Part shown: one piece after another, positions 49,931 to 62,552 of the stretch
Layout of the letters: the number at the start of each line of letters is the position of its first letter
Position numbering within the stretch: position 1 is the first letter of the stretch
Notes under the pieces: model-generated
What the model saw: the letters and a program-made list of their open reading frames with translations, nothing else
Told to the model about the DNA's origin: nothing
Database searches by the model: none
Translations under genes and position numbers: made by a program
Assembly (NCBI RefSeq): GCF_009834535.1
Contig: NC_045707.1
Location: 56,112,001 to 56,176,000 of the forward strand
Direction of reading: 5' to 3'
Length of the DNA stretch: 64,000 bases
From: Camelus ferus
Taxonomy: Eukaryota

Positions 49931-52900
49931 AAGAAAGTGATGCTGGAAATCAACTTTCAGTGATAATTAATGAACACTTGCAGTGTACCTCTTGTAATGC
50001 CATTTCACATTATCAGATATTAATGGAATTAAGTTACTATTCATCTATGTATGTTTTTTAAAGTTACCCTACAAAATGCACTTTTAAAATACACATTATG
50101 GCATATTTCTGTAGTATTAATGCTTATTTCAATAATGACTGTTGGTAGAATAATTTCAGCAAAATACATCATGTATGTAAAGGAAGACTGATTTGTTGTT
50201 TGTATTATAGGAAATAAATTGAAACTAGAGTTAAAGTCAAAGTGTTTGCCTGAATATCAGCAAAATAAAGCTTCCACCAAAGCAGTTTCCTAGGAGAGGT
50301 CATTCCCTATCTCAGACCAGTCAGAGGAGCTAAAATGTTATTTAAGATAGGAACTTTTTGGGAAAAGCATCAATAAAAATAGTTTCTACTTCCTATGATT
50401 CACTAATTGCCACTTACTATTAAAGTGCAGAGTCCCCAAATCTAAGTGGCTCCTGTGTCATAGAAAGAAAAAGGCTTTGGAATGTGAAAGTCAGTAAGAA
50501 CAGGCAAATATTCCACTATCCTCACCAGTCCCTTGAAATCCAAGCTCCAAATCCAAAGCTCTTTTCTTTGAAATCTCGTATAGCATCAGTATTACTGACA
50601 GCATTGAAAGCCATCTTTAGAATGTGAAGTAATCTAGAATTACTTTCCGGGATTTGAAAGAATATGCCTTGGCTTTCTTTGAAAATCTTGTGTTCAGAAA
50701 TTTTGTGACCCATGGGTCAGCTTAGTTTCGTAATAGACATAAGTTTTTATACTTAATACTAAAAGGCAGTACCCAGTTTTAGTTATTCAACATTGTTGTA
50801 AAAACTATTCATATTAAGATAATTGCAGTCATAGGGCCCTGGATTGACTTATAGGGAACAGCAGTTTCAAGAGTCTTAAGATGTATATTAAATATTTTAC
50901 AAAATTGATTTTATGATATACATCCACCTAAAACAAATTAATGAAAATTTACATAATGTTTTAATTCAAAATTTACCCATAAAAATCAGCTCAAAATGTC
51001 ATCATAGTTAAATTAAACTTCACCAATATATTGGACCTCTAGATTAAAACCATAATAAATAATTTCCCCAACAATGCCACATATGCACTTTAAAAAAATA
51101 TGGCATGCCATGGCACTATTTTAAAATTATTCCGCCCATGTCTTCTTGAGCTCCATTCAATGCTAATCACAAATGCCCTTTCCATTCAGATTCAACCTCA
51201 ACCAAAATCAGAAACAGTTCTCACTATGGCAGAAAATACAACTGCATCATCAGCAAGTGGAAGGGACCCGGGGTCCACATGCTTCCTGAGTCACCCTCAC
51301 TGTTCGCCTACTGAATCAATGCTTTCCCCCTCACCCTGGTTGTGTGGGTTGAATCTATGTATATATACAGACATCTGTTTTGGTTTTCTCTCATCATTTC
51401 AAAACCCATCTGGATGGAGAGTTTTTCCCTGCACCTAAGCCCACTTGGCTGGAGCTCTGACATCCTGCCTAGCTTTGACAGGCTTGTCAATGGAGGCTGA
51501 GCTCTGTTACCTGGACCCTCCCGCTACTCAAGGAGGTTCTGCTATGTATCATTTGAAACCACAGTTCCATCCATCTCTTGACTTCTAGTGTAGCCTGATG
51601 CCTACGGACTCCTTTGGATGTGTTCCCACTGAGCAGATTGAGTCTCCTCCAATAGCCATACCTGCTGGAATCAAGCCCCAGTCCATCCAACATCTTTGGA
51701 CTCTGTATGTTGGATAAGAGAGTCCCCTCATGAAGTCACCCAACAGCAGGGCGAGTTTTTTGTTTCACAGTAACTGCTTTTTCATCACCCTCAATCTTGT
51801 TGCGTTGTTTAGGTCCCAGTGTGCCTTGCTTGCTTACATATTGCCACTCATGATTCTGTCCGTTCTCACAAATTACTGTGATAGTCTCAACTGTTGCACA
51901 TAGCAGCTGGACTATTATGAAACATTGAACAATTCATTTCTTTTAAATTTATTTTTGTAGGTCTAGTAATAAAATGTGGTACTGATTCTTTACACTGGCA
52001 ACTACATGGACCTTAAATGGTAGGATTACTAACTGATTTATTTTTATAAAATTCTTTCATGAGATTTATTTAAAGAATTTTAATTTCAAGCATTTATATT
52101 TACTAATTATACTTTGTATTTTCCCTATGAATATTTTAGAAGAAATATAATTTATTTCAAAACCAACATAATTTATCTTTATATTTTTTACATAAATTTG
52201 TTTTTTTGATGAAAATATATTCATATTTTTTATACTTTGAATATAATTACATATTTAGTTCCTTAGATCATTACTGTTATCAGAAAACAAATTATGCAAA
52301 AATCTTGATTTCAGAGACATAATTAATGAGTTTGCTGAGACGAAACATGGATGGGAGAAAATAAATTGTATAGAAAACATAAAATAATGTATATATTATG
52401 GTTGTTTATTCTATGACTTATCAAGACATCACTGGCCTATCAACTGAATGCCCAACATGAATAACAATAATTAAATTCATTCAGCTCTGGCAATTTGCCA
52501 AATTTCAGTCATAAGAAAAAACAGGTTTTCACATATTTTCCAATTCTGTTGCTAAGAAAGTACATTTGTCACAGGAGAAGAACTGTTTGCTTGATTTAAA
52601 AGGTAGATGATATGTGTTTATACTCCATTTATACTCTTGCCTAGGGCTTCGCAAATGTTAGGGGCAGCCCTAAGTTCCATTTTATGTCACAAGAACTGGA
52701 AAATAATATGTATTTAAAATAGAGTAACAGAACTTTGCCCCTAACTTCTCTGAGCTGTGGTTGTTGCTGTTATTTGTTTTTGTTAGTGGAGGCAAAAGTG
52801 GTATTCTACATCCTAGAGTAGGGCTTATGTGAACCTCTGATTACTGATGTTAAGAGGTATTTTGAACAGCTTCCTAAAGAATGTCACAGAAATACTCATT

Positions 52901-55900
52901 TGTTTTGCCTGATTCTTCTACAGAATACACTATTTCATGTGAGAAGATGATTTCACTTCATGGGTAGGTCTCCTGTACTTAAATCAAAGACACACTGCAA
53001 CTTGTGAGGACGTGATGCAGGTGGAGGGGTTATATGTGTGTCATAGTCTGTGTCTCTTCATTTCTTGGCAGCTTCTTTGTCCTGTAGAGGGGAAACTTAA
53101 GGAATAGCTGAAATCTGTTTCTTATCATCATATTTTCCAGAGAATGGAGCAAGTTCTCTTGTCAACTGTTGGCTCCGTATCCACCTCTGCCGTTCGTGCT
53201 ATAAGATTTCCCCTGAGGTAAAAACACTGAAAGACAGCTTTATTCCTTTCGCGTTCCAGTCCTTTGCATAGCACCTGCTCCATAAATGCCCATCACTTGA
53301 GTAGGGTTGTAAGTGGTCCAGTTATCAACTAGTCTGTTTTAAAATTTTAATTTGTAAAACAAAAATACTCTATTTATTCTTTTCACCATACTATAACCCG
53401 ACAATTTTATCTGTCCTGTTGTTTAGCTTTCCCTGTGTATTCTGCATACATCTGGTTTTATAAGCTATGAAAATGGCTGTATGCAAAACATACATTTTCA
53501 GGAGATGGCGTTCCTATATCGTGCAAGGCACTTTTGAACAACTGAAAAATCCTAAACCATGGCGAGTCAGTATGAGAGACAGTACTTGAGGTGATGGTGA
53601 CATGGTGCAGGGACATGTCTCTTTCTCTAAAAAGAAGTGTTACCTGCAATACTCTGGCCACATTCCCAGATCAATGGTATGCTGCCTGTCTAAATTCTGC
53701 AGTTTCAACTACATTCACTGTCCTAACGTACGTCCTGTCAGGAATGGTTGTGTTGATGTGCCCGCTGAAACAACTGTTGCATCTGATGTGTGAGACGCTG
53801 TGATCAGGAGAGGAAAGGGATTCTCCCATACAATGCCAGCACAGAAGTCAGAGATTTGCCAAATAAATAAATAAATAAATAAAAAATAATAATTCTTTTG
53901 AGGTATTCCCGACTGTTCTTCATATATTTAAATATATTCCTTCATGCTACCACAACTCGTTTATTAATTTTCAAAAGACATCCTGGTTATACTTATTTTG
54001 AACTTTCAAGATTTCCCAGACATTTCCATTAGAATAGTCAGACTGACTCCTTGTGGTGATTCCACTGACGACGGGTGGCTTTTGTCAGTTGTGTTGTGTA
54101 TATAAAAACGGCACCACAAAAAACCATCAGTTGACCCCTTTTTGTTAGCATGGTGCTATTTTACCTAATATATGGTTCCTGCCTTTAGGAATACCAAAAA
54201 TGGTGTTTCCAAATGGGTATTTTGATCACAAAATCATCTTTATGGTTTTTCTTTAAATAATAAAATGGATTTGTCTATTTTTCCACTTCCAGGCAGAGAA
54301 GAAATAAGAACCAGGCTCTGAACACAGTTAAGTATGCAGATTGTTTGACCTTTTCCTCTACTTCTATGCTGAGCATAAAGATTTTTAAAAAATTCAAACA
54401 GCCTGAGAATATCCAAGTAGATTGAAAAAAAGAAACACAGAAATTTGCTTCTCTTACTATGGTTAAAGGCAAATTCCCAAAGTTGTGCTGGCACCCAGTG
54501 GTTGCATAGTAAGTGCTTGCTGGACTGAAGTGCTGTACCCTTTCCCTGCGTTTATCTCTATGAGAGGCAGTTTAAAATAAAGTATCAATTTAAGAATTGA
54601 TTTTTTGTTGTTGTTAAAAAAAGAAGTGGCTTCTATGATAAAATTCAACTAAACAGCATATGTTAAATCATTAACTCTATTAGAAAGTGATGAGCACAAA
54701 CACTGGAAAGAAATATGCTATAGTTATTTATATTTAATAACTTACTTATACACAGTCTCTCTATTTTTTTTTTTTTTGAGTTACTAAAATGAAACCATAA
54801 ACCATGGGGCAACTCATTCCTTTTCTCTACCACCAGATGCACATAAAAGAACTATTGCTTGCGAAGAGGATGCTTGTTATTCTCGACATGATCATCAAGA
54901 AACAGATGGAGAGTGATTATAAGGTCTATGTGCTGCTGATTGTTTTAAAGCAAGTAAACGTTAATCTGTATTCTCTGAGTTTGGGTTCGTAAACAGTGAT
55001 CACTTGGAATGAGGAAGATACAACTTCAGAAAATTATCACAGATATAAAATCATATCTGGAGGTTAGGCCTATTTAGCTCAGTTACACAAATCTCGGTGG
55101 AAGTGGACCGTTGTTGAAGTATCTGTAGGAAAGGTCTCAAAGTTCTTGTATAACGTAGAATTCATTTGCTAATTCAACCCACCGTGTGGTTAGGGATGTT
55201 TTGAGTACATTCTATTTACATGATGCTGGCGATGTAAAGATGAGTATGACATAGCACAGTTCCCACCATCATGCAAAAACATGCAAAACCGAGGGGCTAC
55301 CATTACCCTTCTGACGGTCTGCCATGGGTGGCACCCTTAAGCCAAGCGTCTAAGAACACAGGAACTTGGTCAGTAGCTGTCCGATAGGTGACTACTCTGC
55401 AGAAGTTATGGTGATGCCCCCTCAGGAGGGTTCAAAGGACTGATGGAAATTCATTATTTTGGCCCTTTGACATTTAAACCCCTCAGTCCTCTTACTCTTC
55501 AGTCATATTTTGGCATTCTCTCCTTCCCTCAGGTGCAGACTTCTCTCCTCTTACAATGGTCCATCACACTTGGCATAAATCTCTCTCCCTTCTTCTCTCT
55601 CCCTCTAATGCTATTTTAGTAGAATAAGAATCTTAGTTCCCCCAAGCAAGGTGTGTAGGGAACATCAGGTTGTTAAATTAATTTAAATAAAAAAGAAACT
55701 TAACTGGAGTCCTATCACACCGGGTTGTTTGGAGATTAAACTGCAATCATTTGATGGGTAACTGCTCTCTCCCCTGGATGCTCTGGAGTGGCCCGTGGCT
55801 CAGGTGTCTGACTGAAATGGAAGGGGAGCCCTTTGTATTCAACCTGACATGGTTGCTGCAGGCAAGTCTCATCGCCTAAACCCATGGGAGCCCTTGAAGT

Positions 55901-57424
55901 TCGCCAGCCTTTCTGCTATGCTTGGGGCCTAAGAATCTCTTTGGCACCAACATTTCAGAACCAAATATTCAGACTTCCAGGATCAACAATGCTTTCTTTT
56001 TAAGATCTTGTCACTTCCTTTAGGTACTGCAAGGGAGTGGGTTCAAAATGTCAGAGTCCCCACTCATCCCCTAAGACTTTAATCTTAGATAACAAATATT
56101 TTAATTTATGAGTTTAGACAGGAAGTGGGAATTCTCTTCAGATACTTTTGTATTTGCTGAGCCCCATGGATCCTCTTATGACAAGGGAGTCTAAAGGCCC
56201 TGGTTAACTTCTTAGATCTGGGAAAGGGATAGAAAATTATAAAGAACAAAACATGATATCTCATAGTCATTATGATTCTCTCTCTCTCTTTCTCTGAGGA
56301 CTTAATTGTCTGCTTCTTCTGGTTTCTTTTTCTTTCTTTTAATGTAATGATCAAATGCTTGCTACAGGCCAACCTCACAGAAATCTTTAGAGATCAATAT
56401 TATTAATTCCATCTGAGAGTTGAAGAAACTGCATGACAGAAAAGATAAATAAAATAGCAGAGCTGAAATCTGAAATTGTGTCTGTTTACTAATTTAAGAG
56501 GAAGCATATTTAAATGGAAAGAAATTTCTAATATTGGACTAGACCCCCCTCATTGCTGCCCAAGCTCTTACAAAGTGGGTGATCCTGACAAAGCTCCTTA
56601 ACCTCTTAGATCCCTAGTTTGCTATCTAGAAATTGATGTACTTGCTCACAGACTTTATTTGGTTGTTAACTGAGATCATGGACGATAAACTACTTTACGA
56701 AGGTGGAAGCACTGTACAAATGTCAGACACTTGGATCGTTCTACAATGTTATGGCTCCACAAGCTACACATCCCAGGTGATCAGTTAGCCAATGAGCTGA
56801 CTGAGATCTCCCCAGGAAACCAGCAAAAGAGAATCTGTGCATAGAATAACAGGAAACTGATTCTAAGAGGCGAGGAGATTAGAAAGATTCTCCAGAGCAT
56901 TGGAAAGTTTGACCCAGAAGAAAGTAACAGGTTTACCTGGAAGATTGAAGTTATGTTAATTCTTTAGGCAGAGTAAGAAAAGCATTAAAAATCATATTCA
57001 GTGATCTCAGACTACTAAAGATACAAGAAATAGTCTCTAAGCATAGACAACCATCAATTAAGAAATAAACAGAAACCAAGTGGAGAACCATCTGTGAAGC
57101 ATTTATGTACATTAAATTCAAATTTAAAAATCTAAGCATTCTGAAAGAACAAGTTATAGATTACAAGTGAGACTAGAACGGCCGTATGTGTTGTGACTAA
57201 AGACAAAACAAGACACAAACAAAAAATTTAGGCCCCAAATTGAGGGTAAAAACTGGAAAATATGTAATATTTTCTATTTTTATCACATCTAGCATGGACC
57301 AGGCACAGTACAAGGTGAACCTGAAAGTCAGTGTTAGACGACCATTGATATAACTGTTCCTTTTGCATTCAGTCCATTTGAGACATTGTAGACAGAGTCA
57401 GAGAACAACAAGACCTTTTTACTA

Positions 57425-57655
57425 GTAATAATAATTGTTCATTTTTACTGAGCATTTACTAAGTGCTTTACAGGGATTAATTAAGCTAATCTTCTAACAG
57501 TGCTTTGAGGAAATCTCTGTATTTATTCCCATTTCACAGATGGGAAAATAGAAGGGATTGATTTTGCAAAGGAATGAAACATGACTACACAGTAAGTGGC
57601 AGACCAGTACTGGAACCCAAAAATCTGATTTCAGGTCATGGCGCTTAACCAGTAT
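57425..57655 (-). mobile_element. MIR SINE
   Basis: tttactgagcatttact ... tattcccatttcacagatgggaaaata ... gtaagtggcaga ... gaacccaaaaatctgatt. Confidence 0.75.
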
Positions 57656-58039
57656 GTCATGAAGCTGGACTGGAGAAGTTAACTTAGCCGTGAAGCCAGC
57701 AGAGGCCTCTTAATATAACAGCCCAGATACATATCTCTGGACCCACAGTTTGTAAATTTGGACTTCCAGAGAGAACGTCAGGGGGAATTATTACCTGCCT
57801 CAAATCCTATCAAGCAGAGAGCAGCCGAAAGGCCAAAAACCTGAGAAACTACTAGATTTTCACCCAAATCTCTGAGGTAGGCTGTACTGGACCAAGACTT
57901 CTAAGAAGGGGTTTTGTCCCTCCTCTCTATCTTTCCCTTTCTTCCAGTGGGATGCAGAAAACTACAAGGCTGGGGGACAGTAGAACTACAGCTGAAAGAA
58001 TCCTCAGCCTCTGAATCACAATGTGTTGGAGAGCTCCTC

Positions 58040-58190
58040 CCTGCCCCCACCATGTCCAATCCCTGCCAACCAGGAACACCTGCCTTGGACTGTTTATAGG
58101 AGGAGAAATAAACCTTTATTGTCACTGACCCATAACACACATTATGGGACTATTTGTTACTGCAGCTAGCCTTACCCTAACCAAAACAGA
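58040..58190 (+). mobile_element. MaLR LTR 3' end (MLT1 family)
   Basis: gagaaataaaccttta ... tatttgttactgcagctagccttaccctaaccaaaaca is a typical MLT1 end. Confidence 0.65.
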
Positions 58191-59489
58191 GAAGCAGAGA
58201 GAGAAAGGCCATACATGTATTTACCAGGCTTTAACACAGACCCTCTTCATTTCACCAGTTGTTTAAGCTGCTTCTTGTCCTGTAGGGACAAGCTAGTGAG
58301 AAAGGTGAAAGGAAGAGCAGAAAGCTTTAATCCAAAGTCTTTAAGAGGGAGAAGTTTCTATTTTGAGGCAGCAGTGTGAGGAGAGGGAGAAAATTGTTTC
58401 CTGTTCTGTTGGTATTATTGTCCTTGTTTGAGGGATGGGAAAATTGTGGTACAAAGAGGTTAAGTAACTTGTCTACATTTGCTTCTCTTTATACTTTTAT
58501 TTGTAATTTGATTACGTGACAGCAAAACAAAAGGTCTAAAAGCAAAATATGTCAAATGTGAACATAATTATGGAGATTTGAACATGCATTCACTTACTAA
58601 AGACCCAAATTAGGGAAAAGCCTTTTTACACAAAATGCTTTTGACAATAAAAGGATAAATCAAAATACAATAGATTTGCCTGTTATACTTCCCTACTATA
58701 AACATGAATCCGCGTGAAGCGCTTAACTATGAACTGCTTTTCTTGCAAAAAGAACATCTGGAGACATAATGAGAAAATGAAGGCTTGCCTCCTTGGTACT
58801 GAGGAAGAAAGTCATGTTACAGAGCAGTCCAGGTTTTCCAAAAACTCAGAATCTCTACCTCAGATTGGGTCTTCACTGCCAAGCGATCATTAACGCATAC
58901 TGCCTTGATTCCCTAGAACTTCACCTAATGCTTATTCCCAGCCATCTCCATCTTCCTCAGGGTTTGGGTCTCTCCAGAATCTCTAGAGAGTGGGATCTTG
59001 CTTTCAGCTCCACTGGAGACTGGAAGTTGGGATGTGAAAATAAGGAAGTATTATGGGAGCTGAGAGTGGGCTCTAAAGGAGGGAACGTTTGGCTAGATGT
59101 GACCCTCTGAAAGTGACAAAGGCCCTGAGACTCTCTCCTGGGGGATTCGGAGAGACTAACGCACCATATCCTAAAATACACAAAAGTAAGATAGCAGCCG
59201 AGTGCCAATTTACTAATTCAAATTATAAAATATAACTGTCGGCACATTGTCTCCTCAAGTGTACCCCACATGAGAACCTACATCATTCTCAGGAACGATA
59301 TTTGAATTTATTTTGTGAAAGGGCTGGCACAGGAATGGGGACACTTGACATCTCCAGGACTAGTGTATTCTCTCCCTGTAGCCAACTCACCCTGAATGTG
59401 AAGGCTGCTTAGAAGGCAGGAACCAGGGAGAGCGGGGTTGGAATAAATGTTGAATGTTCTCCGGTTTTGCTCCTTGGCCCTCTTATCTA

Positions 59490-60510
59490 TATCCATTCTC
59501 CAGGCTATCTCACCTACACACATAACTTACATCATGGAATGGAGACAGGTGACTCACAAACTGGTATCTCCCAGTCTCAACCTCTTCTGAGTTCCAACCC
59601 ATCTGTCTACTTGACATTTCCACTTGAATGTCTCAAAGGCATCTCAAAATAAACACATCCCCGAAACCAACTCATAAAGTTCCCCCTCAAAACCATCTCT
59701 CCCAGTGTTCTGTCTTAGTGAATGGCACTACATTCATCCATCTGCACAAGGTAGAATCCCAGAGTCATCCTTGATAAGATCCTCTCCCTTACCACCCTCA
59801 TAACTGACTCTTTTCCAAGTCCTGTTGTTTCTAGCTTCTAAAAAAATCTCACCAACCTTTATACTTCAATCCATCACCATCAACAAAATTGTGTTTAAAT
59901 TACCCTCACGTTTCCCCTGGCCAGCTGATCTCCACGCTTCTATTCTCCAATTCATTCTTAATATTACGACTATAACGGTTTATTTAAACTATTTATCATT
60001 ACCCATGCCCCTATCGGCAATGATTTCCTACTGTTATTGGGATAAATAACAAATCTTCTAAATGCCATTTGAGGTTCTGGCTGGTCTCAGTGCCTCTCTC
60101 CAACTTCATTTCCTCTGCATGCCTCCACCCGCAACAGCCCTGAACATCCTGGTGATTCAGGAACTTGTATTTGCTTTACTTCCCTGAGTCCCAGCAATGC
60201 GGCTCGTACTGTCTCACGCTTGTGCTCCTGTCCCTTCTTCATGGAGTCACTGTTACACGTCTTTGTCTATCTTGGCTTAAACAGCACATCCATAAGCAAT
60301 GTTTCGCTGGCCTCACTGACTTCAACAAATTGCTCTGGTTTAGCCCCATTTACCTCCTTCATGGTGTTTGTCACCATTGCCATTTTATATCTGGACACTC
60401 CATGATGGAAATAATTGTATCTGTTTTTACTTATGATTTTGTATCCCGATGCTTTGCACAGTTTAGCCCATAAGAGGTATTCAATAGTATTTACCAAATT
60501 GGTAAATAGA
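59490..60510 (+). mobile_element. LINE-2, ~1 kb fragment
   Basis: ctacttgacatttccacttgaatgtctcaaaggcatctcaaa ... gtgaatggcact ... agagtcatccttga ... ends ggtattcaatagtattt. Confidence 0.8.
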
Positions 60511-60519
60511 AAAGGATGA

Positions 60520-61085
60520 GTAGAAACAGAACTACCATATGACTCAGCAATTCCACTCCTGGGTATCTAGTCACAAAAAAACAAAAACACTAATCCAAAA
60601 AGATACATGTACCCCAATGTTTATAGCAGCACTATTTACAATTGCCAAGATATGAAAGCAACCTAAGTGTCCATCAATAGATGAATAGATAAAGAAAAAA
60701 AATATACACACACACACACACACACACAATGGAATATTCCTCAGCCATAAAGAAAGAATGAAATGTTGTCATTTGCAGCAACATGGATGGACTTAGAGGG
60801 CATTATGCTAAGTGAAAGAAGTCAGACAGAGTAAGACAAAATGTATGATATCACTTATATGTGGAATCTAAAACATACAACAAACTAGTGAATAAAACAA
60901 AAAAGCAGCAGACTCATGGATATAGAGAACAAACTAGTGGTTACCAGCTGGAAGAGGGAAGCAGGGAGGAACAGTATAGGGGAAGGGGAAAAAAGATTTA
61001 TTATGGGATCATATGAAATCATTTGTGTGAAACTTTTAAAACTTATAAAGCACTACGGAATTTTAAAAATTAAAAACATAATAAA
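60520..61085 (+). mobile_element. LINE-1 3' fragment
   Basis: gaactaccatatgactcagcaattccactcctgggtat ... aagcaacctaagtgtccatcaatagatgaat ... gagaacaaactagtggttacca. Confidence 0.92.
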
Positions 61086-61257
61086 GTTGGCAAAACTAGG
61101 GGAAAAATGTGATGAGTGGCATATCTACTGGTGGCACCAGGATGAGACTGCCTGATGAATCTCTCTCACCCTAACCACAGGCACACATTAAGAACAAAAC
61201 ACTTGACATCAGATATCTTTGTTCCTTGTCCCAGAGGCCCTGCGACTATCTGCACTG

Positions 61258-61465
61258 GCCCTGGAGCCAGGCTATCTGGATTAGAACTCACTCTCCACCA
61301 TTTAGTTGTTGGCCAGGCTAAGTTATTTAACTGCACTAAGTCTCCGTCTTCTCATCCATAAAATAGGAATAAATTTGGTACTTAAATAACTGGATAACTA
61401 TGAGAATTAAATGGTACTATGGTTGCACACATTCAGTTCTCAGCACATGTTAGCTATTATTTAAT
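61258..61465 (+). mobile_element. MIR SINE
   Basis: ctggagccaggctatctgg ... aagttatttaac ... tctcatccataaaatagga ... atgttagctattatt. Confidence 0.7.
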
Positions 61466-62023
61466 AATATACATTTCTCTCTTTTTCTGCGCTGCTTTTT
61501 TTTTTCTCTTTTGCTGTACTTCTAAGTCTGATCAGTGGCTTCACAGTCTGACTGACTTAGTCTTTGTGTAGTTACATTAGTATTTAAAGTCAGTATTCCC
61601 TGTCCTTTGAGAGGTGGAGGCTGGTATCTGGTATAACATAAAAGGATAAAAACCCCACCCCCACCCACCCAACAGTCAGAACCCTGCTTCTCACATACAG
61701 GACAACATACTTGTGATCTGTGTAACTTTCAACCCAGTCTTCTTAGTACTTCTTCTCTGAAGGGACAGTCCTCCTGAAGAGGGGTGCGAAGACTTTCCAA
61801 ATCTTCTCTTCTCCAATAGAGCAGCCCACCCCCAGTTATTATCCATATAACATTCTTTCTAAAACCTTCATAGCCATGTTCACATCCTGATTCAATTACA
61901 ATCCCTCTCACGACTGATGGACCCCAAACAGAGTACAATGCATGAAATGTAGTCTAATGATATGCCTTGCTCACCACCGGCCAGTAATAAATAACTTGTG
62001 AGTATGTTTGTGGATCCAGCTCC

Positions 62024-62035
62024 ATATATATATAT

Positions 62036-62074
<39 letters not shown>
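62024..62074. repeat. Compound alternating purine-pyrimidine microsatellite (TA)n(CA)n(CG)n(CA)n
   Basis: atatatatatatacacacacgcgcgcacacacacacacacacacacacaca. Confidence 0.92.
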
Positions 62075-62109
62075 AATGCAGCCTATTTTAAATTAAGAGT
62101 CAGGGAAGG

Positions 62110-62552
62110 TGTACTGGATTGAATAGTTCCACCCACCCCCCAAATTGATGTCCCTCCCAGAACTCAGAATGTGACCTTTGTTGGAAGCAGGGTCACTGCA
62201 GATATAATTAGTGAATATAAGGTCGTGCTGGGGTAGACTGGACCCTAAAGGGTAGACTGGACCCTAAAGGGTAGACTGGTACCCTTATGAAAGAGAAGAG
62301 ACAGACAGAGAGAGAGATAGGAGAATGCCATATGACGACACAGATGCACCAAAGAAAGATGGCCCTACAACGACAGAAGGAGACACTGGAATTGTGCAGG
62401 AATTCCAAGGACTGCTAATGACTACCCCAAGCTGGAAGGCAGCACAGACAGACGTTCCTTTCAGCCCCTCTAAAGAAACTAATCCTGCTAACACCCTGAC
62501 TTGACACTTGTAGGCTTCAGAATGGTGAGAAAATTTCTGTTGTTCTAAGGTT
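62110..62552 (+). mobile_element. ERVL-MaLR solo LTR (MLT1B/C-like)
   Basis: tgtactggattgaatag ... cagaatgtgacctt ... tgcagatataattag ... gaaactaatcctgctaacaccctgactt ... aatttctgttgttctaag. Confidence 0.88.

Noticed and set aside
50830..52672. Possible large decayed hAT-Tip100-type DNA transposon
   Set aside because: Only the right end (cttgcctagggc...ggcagccct) looks like a terminal sequence; I could not confirm matching TIRs or a transposase remnant by eye.
53458..53803. Overlapping ORFs suggesting a processed pseudogene
   Set aside because: None of the frames I read resembles a known protein, and no TSD was found; the nearby (AAAT)n alone is insufficient.
62231..62285. CRISPR-like short semi-palindromic repeats
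   Set aside because: No spacers, only three head-to-tail units, inside a mammalian LTR, no cas genes.
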